From assembly GCA_003284275.1 (NCBI GenBank), contig QBVU01000005.1:955-64954 (forward strand): a stretch of 64,000 nucleotides of DNA, given 5' to 3'. The translations under genes were made by a program, and so were the position numbers. This DNA is from Pelagibacteraceae bacterium AG-313-A04. GTDB taxonomy: Bacteria; Pseudomonadota; Alphaproteobacteria; Pelagibacterales; Pelagibacteraceae. Below the pieces are notes generated by a model. It was not told the origin of the DNA and made no database searches. It saw only the letters and a program-made list of their open reading frames with translations. The stretch's first letter is position 1. Each line of letters begins with the position of its first letter. This document shows positions 39,447 to 46,559 of the stretch, piece after piece.

Positions 39447-40779
39447 TTCAAAAGCGCCCATCGAAAATAAAAGTCAATTAATTCAATATTTCATCGACGG
39501 AGTAAAAAAAAATACCAATCAAAGAATTGGTGTCGAGCATGAAAAATTTCTTTTTAGTAAAAATAATTTAAAAAGAATTGATTACCAACAATTAAAGCAA
39601 GTTTTTGAAATTCTTAAAGATAAAGGTTGGGAACTTGAGTATGAGAAAGATAAAATAATTGGTTTAAGAAGAGAAAATCAAAAAATTACCACCGAGCCGG
39701 GTTTCCAGTATGAATTATCAGGTGCGCCTTTTAAAAACATACATTCAGTTTGTTCGGAAAATAGTTCTCATTTCAATGAACTAAAAGAAATTTTTAATTA
39801 TACCTCTGTTACCACTTCCTCTATTGCATACGATCCTTTTAATAAATTAATTGATATCCCCAAAAGTCCTAAGGAGCGTTACAAAATTATGACATCTGAA
39901 ATGCCAAAAGGTGGCAAATTAAGTTTGGATATGATGTACAAAACAGCAGGCATTCAGATTAATTATGATTACACATCTGAAGAGGATTTTGAAAAAAAAT
40001 TTAAAATTGGAAACTATTTAACGCCATTAACTATTGCTCTTTTTGCAAATTCTCCTTTTAATGAAAATAAACTTTCAGGTTTTTTATCTTATAGGGGAAA
40101 AGTTTGGCAAGAAACTAACAGAGGTGGGATCATGCCAATTACTTTTGAAAAAGTTAATTTTGAAAAATATATTGATTATGCAATCAATTACCCAATTTTA
40201 TTTCTTAAAAAAAATGGAAAATACTTCTCATCGAACGATCAAACCTTTAAAGATTTTTTAAATGGTAATTTAGATTTTTTAAAAGGAGAAAAACCAACTT
40301 TAGAAGATTTTGAAAATCACTTAGGAACTATTTTTACTGAGTTAAGATTAAAACAAGTTATAGAATTTAGATCTTTAGATACATGTAATTTTGGCTGTAT
40401 TTGTAACGGCCCCTCTTTTTTTACAGGATTAATTTATGGATCTTTAGATGAAACCTATGAAATAATTAAAAATTGGAAAAAAGAAGAGGTAATGGAAGCA
40501 TATTTAAAAGCGCCTAAACAAGGATTAAACACTTTGCTTCACAATAAAAAACTAATTGATTGGGGAAAAATATTTTTAGATCTATCTAAAAGAGGTTTAG
40601 AAAAAAGAAATGAACTTAATAAAAGCGGAAAAAATGAAACAATCTACTTAAAACATATAGAAGAGATAATTATTAATAAAAAAACTAGAGCAGAAATGCT
40701 GATTGAACAATTTAATAAAACAAAAAACTTAAACTTCTTGGTAAATCATGATGAAAATTTTAGCTATTCAGGGTTCTAA
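39436..40779 (+). CDS. gshA: Glutamate-cysteine ligase (alphaproteobacterial/plant type; TTG start)
   Basis: RIGVEHEKF, EPG.QYELSGAP, MM..TA..Q.N.D, ALFANSPF, H..TIF.E.RLK. Confidence 0.9.
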   Translation: MSNNSKAPIENKSQLIQYFIDGVKKNTNQRIGVEHEKFLFSKNNLKRIDYQQLKQVFEILKDKGWELEYEKDKIIGLRRENQKITTEPGFQYELSGAPFKNIHSVCSENSSHFNELKEIFNYTSVTTSSIAYDPFNKLIDIPKSPKERYKIMTSEMPKGGKLSLDMMYKTAGIQINYDYTSEEDFEKKFKIGNYLTPLTIALFANSPFNENKLSGFLSYRGKVWQETNRGGIMPITFEKVNFEKYIDYAINYPILFLKKNGKYFSSNDQTFKDFLNGNLDFLKGEKPTLEDFENHLGTIFTELRLKQVIEFRSLDTCNFGCICNGPSFFTGLIYGSLDETYEIIKNWKKEEVMEAYLKAPKQGLNTLLHNKKLIDWGKIFLDLSKRGLEKRNELNKSGKNETIYLKHIEEIIINKKTRAEMLIEQFNKTKNLNFLVNHDENFSYSGF

Positions 40780-41665
40780 TCTTAAAAAAGTAAAAATCAA
40801 AACAGATACGACTATTCTATTAGCCGCTGAGGCACAAAAAAGAGGTTATAAAATATATTATTTTGAACCAGAGGATTTAAGTTTTTTAAATGGGAAAGTT
40901 GTAGCTTTATGCAAACATATTAAAATCCATGATAACAAAAAGAAATTCTACTCAAAAATAAAGACCATTAGTTTAAACCTAGAAAAATCAAGGGTTATAT
41001 TAATCAGAAATGATCCACCTTTTGATAATAGATACTTATATACAACATTCTTACTTAACCATATTTCCAAAAAAGTTAAGATAGTTAACCATCCTTCTGC
41101 GGTAAGAAATGTCTCTGAAAAATTGTTTTCTATAAATTTTATGAGGTACATGCCCCCTACCTTAATCAGTGAAAATCTTAATGAAATAAGTAGCTTCTTT
41201 AAAAGACATAAAGCTGTTGTAGCTAAACCTATCAATGGCTTTAGTGGCAATAACGTTATTTTATTTAAGTCTTTTAATGAAAAAAAAATTAAGAAATTAC
41301 TAAAATCTTATAATCATTTATTTTTTCAAAAGTTTTTGCCTGGAGTTTCTAAAGGAGACAAAAGAGTTTTTATAATAAAAGGAAAGATTGTGGGTGCTAT
41401 ATCTAGAGTGCCTAAAAAAGGAAGTATTCTATCTAACATGAGTAAAGGGGCTCATGCAAAATTAACAAAACTCACAAATAAAGAAGTTAAAGCAAGCAAA
41501 GCCATCGGGAAATTACTCATCAAAAATAAGATATATTTTGCTGGTATTGATTTTGTTCAAGAAAAATTAATAGGTGATATTAATGTAACCAGCCCTACTG
41601 GATTAACAGCATATAAAGATTTGTCTGGAATAAACCTCGCTAAATTGTTCTGGAATAATATTTAA
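40751..41665 (+). CDS. gshB: Glutathione synthetase
   Basis: DTT, RNDPPFD, RNVSEK, GDKR, NVTSPTG. Confidence 0.9.
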   Translation: MKILAIQGSNLKKVKIKTDTTILLAAEAQKRGYKIYYFEPEDLSFLNGKVVALCKHIKIHDNKKKFYSKIKTISLNLEKSRVILIRNDPPFDNRYLYTTFLLNHISKKVKIVNHPSAVRNVSEKLFSINFMRYMPPTLISENLNEISSFFKRHKAVVAKPINGFSGNNVILFKSFNEKKIKKLLKSYNHLFFQKFLPGVSKGDKRVFIIKGKIVGAISRVPKKGSILSNMSKGAHAKLTKLTNKEVKASKAIGKLLIKNKIYFAGIDFVQEKLIGDINVTSPTGLTAYKDLSGINLAKLFWNNI

Positions 41666-41672
41666 TTGATAG

Positions 41673-41702
41673 TTGACAAAATCCTAAATTTCTTGCTATA
41701 TA
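41673..41702 (+). promoter_or_regulatory. Putative sigma70 promoter of the metY leader
   Basis: TTGACA (41673-78) and TGcTATATA (41694-41702) just upstream of the SAM-II aptamer. Confidence 0.6.
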
Positions 41703-41708
41703 TTGTTT

Positions 41709-41767
41709 AGCGCCGAGTTAAGACAACTTGCGGGCGCTTAATAAATCCAGCTAAAGCGTTTAAGTCT
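41709..41767 (+). ncRNA. SAM-II (SAM_alpha) riboswitch aptamer, variant
   Basis: P1 AGCGCC/GGCGCT, loop GAGTTA..TTGC, 3' AAAT..GCTAAA pseudoknot strand; upstream of metY. Confidence 0.82.
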
Positions 41768-41771
41768 CATG

Positions 41772-41800
41772 ACCACCGCTTTAGTCGGTGGTTTTTTTTT
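41772..41800 (+). terminator. Riboswitch-controlled intrinsic terminator
   Basis: ACCACCG-ctttagt-CGGTGGT plus T-tract; CGCTTTAG is complementary to the aptamer 3' end CTAAAGCG (antiterminator). Confidence 0.88.
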
Positions 41801-41820
41801 GGAATAATCTAAAAATTTAA

Positions 41821-41875
41821 CCGGGTATTTGAACCATATTGTACACCTGGCATATGCCGAAGTACTAAAAAGGAG
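41821..41875 (+). ncRNA. SAM-V riboswitch aptamer
   Basis: GGGT-ATTTGAAC..ATTGTAC-ACCT, short hairpin GGCATATGCC, AAGTACTAAAA followed by SD AGGAG. Confidence 0.85.
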
Positions 41876-41878
41876 AAG

Positions 41879-41932
41879 ATGAACAGAATTTTAATTCGTT
41901 CATTCTTCTCCAAAAAGACGGAGAGAAAATGA
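41879..41932 (+). other. Candidate uORF1 (MNRILIRSFFSKKTERK) within a long hairpin
   Basis: ATG directly after the SAM-V SD (AGGAGAAG-ATG); its stop overlaps the next ATG (ATGA). Confidence 0.45.
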
Positions 41933-41976
41933 GCGAAACAATAAGAGAAACAATAAGGGGGAAAATCAATGGCTGA
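41929..41976 (+). other. Candidate uORF2 (MSETIRETIRGKING)
   Basis: GGAGAG SD-like; 11-nt direct repeat GAAACAATAAG x2; stop overlaps the metY start (ATGGCTGA). Confidence 0.45.
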
Positions 41977-43261
41977 TTTTAAACATCCGGAAACTATTGC
42001 TTTACATGGTGGTGATTACAGAAGTGATCCTGCAACTACAGCAGTGGCAGTTCCGATTTATCAAACAACTTCATACCAATTTAAAAATGCGGAAACAGCT
42101 GCAAATTTATTTGGGTTGAAAGAATTTGGTAATATTTACACAAGAATAATGAACCCAACATGTGATGTGTTAGAAAAAAGAGTAGCAGCACTTGAAGGCG
42201 GTGTAGCAGCATGTACGGTTGGTTCAGGTCAAGCAGCAACTGCGATGTGTATTCAAAACTTAGCGCAAGCTGGGGATAATATCGTTGCTTCAACTGACTT
42301 GTACGGTGGTACAGTAAACTTATTCAAAAATACTTTAAGACAGCAAGGTATTGAAGTAAGATTTGCAGATCCTGCAGATCCAAAAAACTTTGAAAAGTTA
42401 ACTGATGATAAAACAAGAGCTTACTACGGTGAGTCTTGTCCAAATCCTTACCTTCGTGTTTTTCCAATTAAAGAAGTTGCAGATATCGGTAGACCAAAAG
42501 GTATTCCTTTAATTATCGATAACACTGCTTCACCGGTAATTTGCAAACCTTTAGCTCATGGAGCTGCAATCGTTATGCACTCGTTGACTAAATATATTGG
42601 CGGTCACGGTACTTCAATTGGCGGAATAGTTGTTGATGGTGGAAATTTTGATTGGACTAAAAATCGAAAAAGACAACCACTGCTAAATGAACCAGACCAA
42701 AGTTACGGTGGAGCTGTTTGGATTGATGCTGTTCCTCAATTAACAGGGGCTAACATTCCATTTGTAATAAGATTAAGAGTGGTTCTGTTGAGAGATACCG
42801 GAGCACCACTTGCTCCTTTTAATGCTTGGCAAATTATCCAAGGATTAGAAACTGTTGGTCTTAGAATGAAACAGCACTGCTCTAATGCAGAAAAAGTTGT
42901 TACATTTTTAGAAACCCAGAAAAAAGTTCAAAATGTAATCTATCCTACAAATCATCAGGGTGAGATTAAAGAAAGAGCTAAAAAATACATGCAGGGTGGA
43001 TATGGTTCTTTAGTTGGTATGGACGTTGGCACAAAAGAAAATGGTGCTAAGTTCATCGACAACTTAAAGATGCTTTACCACGTTGCTAATATTGGTGATG
43101 CTAGAAGTTTAGCAATTCATCCGGCTACGACAACTCATAGTCAATTAAACGAGAAGGAATTATTAGCTGCAGGTGTAACACCAGGATATGTAAGACTTTC
43201 AATTGGTATTGAGCATCCAGACGATATCATTGCTGACATTAAGCAAGCGTTAGCTGCTTAG
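41969..43261 (+). CDS. metY: O-acetylhomoserine sulfhydrylase
   Basis: PIYQTTSY, GNIYTRIMNPT, HSLTKYIGGHG PLP lysine, ANIGDARSLAIHPATTTH; SAM riboswitch leader. Confidence 0.93.
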   Translation: MADFKHPETIALHGGDYRSDPATTAVAVPIYQTTSYQFKNAETAANLFGLKEFGNIYTRIMNPTCDVLEKRVAALEGGVAACTVGSGQAATAMCIQNLAQAGDNIVASTDLYGGTVNLFKNTLRQQGIEVRFADPADPKNFEKLTDDKTRAYYGESCPNPYLRVFPIKEVADIGRPKGIPLIIDNTASPVICKPLAHGAAIVMHSLTKYIGGHGTSIGGIVVDGGNFDWTKNRKRQPLLNEPDQSYGGAVWIDAVPQLTGANIPFVIRLRVVLLRDTGAPLAPFNAWQIIQGLETVGLRMKQHCSNAEKVVTFLETQKKVQNVIYPTNHQGEIKERAKKYMQGGYGSLVGMDVGTKENGAKFIDNLKMLYHVANIGDARSLAIHPATTTHSQLNEKELLAAGVTPGYVRLSIGIEHPDDIIADIKQALAA

Positions 43262-43271
43262 TAATTGATTT

Positions 43272-43302
43272 AGTGGTCTCAATTATTTATATTGGGGCCA
43301 CT
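43272..43302 (+). promoter_or_regulatory. 12-bp stem-loop between metY and the rhodanese gene
   Basis: AGTGGTCTCAAT / ATTGGGGCCACT (two G-U pairs); no U-tract; ends 2 nt before ATG 43305. Confidence 0.6.
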
Positions 43303-43304
43303 CA

Positions 43305-43673
43305 ATGATCAAACAAATTAAATCATCAGACATAAAAGAATTTATAACTAATAATCCAAAAACTGTTTTACTTGATGTCAGGACAGAGAATGAATGGAAC
43401 ACGGTTGGCAAACCCGATACAAAAGATCTTGGCATTAAATCTTTCTTCATAACTATTTCACAAGATCCAAGTTTTCTAGACAATGTGAAACAAAATATTG
43501 ATAAAGAAGAACAAGTGTTAGTAATGTGTGCAGCCGGGGGAAGGTCAATTATTGCTGCTAATCTTTTATCCAATGAAGGCTACAATACTTTAAATGTCTC
43601 TGATGGTTTTAGTGGTAATGGTCAAGATCCTGGTTGGAAGAATTTAGGATTACCTTCTATTATAGATAGTTGA
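43305..43673 (+). CDS. Rhodanese-like sulfurtransferase domain protein
   Basis: LLDVRT..EW..VG.P, MCAAGGRS active-site loop, GW...GLP. Confidence 0.88.
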   Translation: MIKQIKSSDIKEFITNNPKTVLLDVRTENEWNTVGKPDTKDLGIKSFFITISQDPSFLDNVKQNIDKEEQVLVMCAAGGRSIIAANLLSNEGYNTLNVSDGFSGNGQDPGWKNLGLPSIIDS

Positions 43674-44078
43674 TTTTTTAGCTATATCTTCAATAAGGGA
43701 TGTTTTTTTTATTTTAGCTTTTATTGAAACAGCAATCTCTTTTGGATATTTTTTTACTGTTTCTGATGTCTTTTTCTTTAGTGCAGTATTGGTCAATGAT
43801 ATTTGTTTTTTTACAATTGTGCAAAATTCAGACTTTGTTCTTTCAATAGACGAAATACAAGTTTCTTGCTTTTTTTCAGGATTTGCACTTTCCGCATATG
43901 CAACAGCGTGCTCTAAAGGAGTTTTTCCTGTTTGTTTTTTAACTCCATAACTAACTGCTGAATTAAGAGAAGACTGTAATATTTTTCCGTTAGATGTGCT
44001 AGTGCCGAGTAATGCTAAAGATTCAGCGCATCCATTAAGTAAGAAAATCGTTGATAATAAAACCAATATTTTTTTCAT
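43650..44078 (-). CDS. Hypothetical lipoprotein (paralog A)
   Basis: MKKILVLLSTIFLLNGC lipobox (start placed at ATG 44078); clear similarity to the neighbouring ORF. Confidence 0.75.
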   Translation of the reverse strand: MKKILVLLSTIFLLNGCAESLALLGTSTSNGKILQSSLNSAVSYGVKKQTGKTPLEHAVAYAESANPEKKQETCISSIERTKSEFCTIVKKQISLTNTALKKKTSETVKKYPKEIAVSIKAKIKKTSLIEDIAKKSTIYNRR

Positions 44079-44147
44079 GTTTGAAGTTTGTTTTAATTGG
44101 TTCATATCTGCTTCATCTTTAATTAAAAGTTAATTTTAGGATAATAA

Positions 44148-44176
44148 ATTTTATTAACACAACCCATGGTTGTCAA
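44148..44176 (-). promoter_or_regulatory. Sigma70 promoter with palindromic operator-like site
   Basis: TTGACA-17nt-TAAAAT; perfect ACAACC-N3-GGTTGT at 44159-44173. Confidence 0.6.
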
Positions 44177-44214
44177 GATCTTTAGATTGGTATACTGATT
44201 TTGTTTTGGAATTG

Positions 44215-44607
44215 TTAATCTAAGTGCTTAATTTTAGATTTTTTATTTATATTAAGCTGTAGTGATGAGGTAAGGTCTTTTATAGAATTTTCTTTTGATT
44301 TCGCTAAAATTTTAAATTTAGTTGATTTTAATTGTTTTTTTAATAAAGCGCAAATTTCTGAGTTAGTTTTTTCAACAAATGATAAACAAGGTTCCTTTTT
44401 TTTCTCAGGATTTTTTTCCTCTGCGTATGCAATGGCATGTCCAATGGGAGTTTTTCCAGTTTGTTTCTTTACTCCGTAGCTAATTACTGAATTAAAAGAG
44501 GATTGAACGATCTTTCCGTTTGAGGCGCCTGTACCTAGTAAAGCAACTGACTCGGCGCAACCGTTCAATAAGAATAACGTGATCAATAGACCTAATATTT
44601 TTCTCAT
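44215..44607 (-). CDS. Hypothetical lipoprotein (paralog B)
   Basis: MRKILGLLITLFLLNGC lipobox; SD AAAGGGAG; shares CAES.ALLGT..SNGKI.QSS and SYGVKKQTGKTP..HA.AYAE with paralog A. Confidence 0.78.
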   Translation of the reverse strand: MRKILGLLITLFLLNGCAESVALLGTGASNGKIVQSSFNSVISYGVKKQTGKTPIGHAIAYAEEKNPEKKKEPCLSFVEKTNSEICALLKKQLKSTKFKILAKSKENSIKDLTSSLQLNINKKSKIKHLD

Positions 44608-44715
44608 ACTCCCTTTTGTATTTTTTAAAATTTAATCATATATTCATTTCTAATTATACGAATCGAATCACTCAAAATGAGTTTATATAATACAACTTAC
44701 AATGGAAGAGATTAC

Positions 44716-45666
44716 CTAAGAGATTATTCTTAAGGGCTTATTTTTAAGACAGCTTTCGAGGTTTTCTATCATTTGCAAATAAAATTTTGAGTAATTTTCA
44801 ACGGTTACATAACCAATATGAGGTAATAGTAAAGCATTGGGCAGGAACCTTAATCTATGATCTTGTGGTAAAGGCTCTTTATCATAAACGTCTAAACCAA
44901 CACCAGCTATTTTTTCGTCTTTAAGAGCTTCTACCAAATCATTTTCATTAATAATTGGTCCTCTAGAAGTATTTATGAGGAAAGCAGTTTTTTTCATCAT
45001 TTCTAATTCTTTTTTTGTAATTAAATTTTTATATCTTTCACCTAAAACTAAGTGAATTGATATGATATCTGAGTTTTTTAATAAATCTTCTTTACTCATA
45101 GGAAGAACATCTAGTTCATTTGCGTGAGATAAATTTAGATTTTCGCTCCATGCACATACTTCCATGCCAAAAGCTTTTGCAACTTTTGCAACTTGTGTTC
45201 CTATCTTTCCTAACCCAATCAAACCTAACATTTTTCCTTTCAGTTCAAAACCAATAGTCGTTTGCCAGTAACCTTGGAACATATTATCGATTTCCTGTTT
45301 CATATTGCGGTAAAGACCTAGAATTAAAGCCCAAGTTATTTCAGCTGCAGGGTTAGAATTAATCTCGGTTCCACAAACAATAATGCTTTTTTTCTTCGTT
45401 GCTTCTAAATCAATAGCTTTATTTCTCATGCCTGATGTCATTAAATATTTTAACTTAGGTAAGCTCTCTATTAAAGTTTTAGTTATCGAAGTTCTTTCTC
45501 TCATGATGAATAAGGCTTCGAAGTCTTCTAGTTCGACAATAGCTTCTTTTTCATCAGAAAAAGGCTCGTTAAAAACTTTAAAATTAAATTTATCTTTATA
45601 CTTATCTACCTCAACAATTTGTTGAAAAGCATTTTGATAATCATCTATAACTGCAACTTTAATCAT
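44716..45666 (-). CDS. D-2-hydroxyacid dehydrogenase family protein
   Basis: MRERT, GLIGLGKIG, INTSRG, LDVYD.EP, PHIGY. Confidence 0.9.
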   Translation of the reverse strand: MIKVAVIDDYQNAFQQIVEVDKYKDKFNFKVFNEPFSDEKEAIVELEDFEALFIMRERTSITKTLIESLPKLKYLMTSGMRNKAIDLEATKKKSIIVCGTEINSNPAAEITWALILGLYRNMKQEIDNMFQGYWQTTIGFELKGKMLGLIGLGKIGTQVAKVAKAFGMEVCAWSENLNLSHANELDVLPMSKEDLLKNSDIISIHLVLGERYKNLITKKELEMMKKTAFLINTSRGPIINENDLVEALKDEKIAGVGLDVYDKEPLPQDHRLRFLPNALLLPHIGYVTVENYSKFYLQMIENLESCLKNKPLRIIS

Positions 45667-46552
45667 TGATTTTTTTATTCGATAAATAAATACCAGATAC
45701 TATAAAAACTGCTCCGGCAAAATGATATAATTCAAATTTTTCGTTAAAAATAATTATAGCCATCACTGCGCTGAATAAAGGCATTAGCTGAATAAACATA
45801 GATGATCTATTGGGTCCTATAAGTTCTATTGCTTTCTGCCAACAATAATATGCTGCGATTGCAGGAAAGATAACTACATAAGTTAAAATAAAGATAAAAG
45901 CTTTATTTATTTTTAAATCTAGTCCTATTGATTTTTCGTATAAAAATTGTGGAAACAAAAATATTAATCCTACAGTGACCATTATTTGAATTAAAGAAAA
46001 TTGAGATAATTCAAGCTTACTTTTTTTTAGTAAAGTTGAATATAATGACCAACTTAATACACAAACTAACATCCATATATCACCAATATTAAAAGTTAAA
46101 GAAATTATTTTTTGAATGTCTGCATTTGAAATAATTGTTCCTACTCCAAATATAGATAAAATTAATCCTGAAATTTGAAACATATTCGTTTTTTCAATTT
46201 TCATAATCGATGAAAAAATTATTATCATTGGCGGGATAGCAGCTAACATTAAAACTGCATTTATTACTTGAGTATAGTTTAAAGCAAAATAAACAACTGA
46301 ATTAAAAGTACTAATTGTTAATATGCCCATAAAACTAATTACTAAAAAGTTTTCTTTAATATAGTTTCTTTTTGCTAAAATTTCTTTAATTGTGAAAGGT
46401 GTCAATATAAACCATACCATGACCCATCTTAAAAAATTTAGAGATAGTGGTGGAACCTCGAATAAAGTTGCAAATTTACCGATAATAAAATTTCCTGACC
46501 AAAATAAAGCTGCTAAAGTTAGAAAAGTATAAGCTAAATAATTTTTTGACAA
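45659..46552 (-). CDS. DMT/EamA family transporter (TTG start)
   Basis: LFWSGNF, two EamA repeats, about 10 TM. Confidence 0.87.
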   Translation of the reverse strand: MSKNYLAYTFLTLAALFWSGNFIIGKFATLFEVPPLSLNFLRWVMVWFILTPFTIKEILAKRNYIKENFLVISFMGILTISTFNSVVYFALNYTQVINAVLMLAAIPPMIIIFSSIMKIEKTNMFQISGLILSIFGVGTIISNADIQKIISLTFNIGDIWMLVCVLSWSLYSTLLKKSKLELSQFSLIQIMVTVGLIFLFPQFLYEKSIGLDLKINKAFIFILTYVVIFPAIAAYYCWQKAIELIGPNRSSMFIQLMPLFSAVMAIIIFNEKFELYHFAGAVFIVSGIYLSNKKIND

Positions 46553-46559
46553 AAATTTC

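Noticed and set aside
41879-41968. uORF1 is in frame with metY, suggesting TGA read-through or selenocysteine extension
   Set aside because: A second in-frame stop (TAA 41942-44) follows, and metY has its own strong SD
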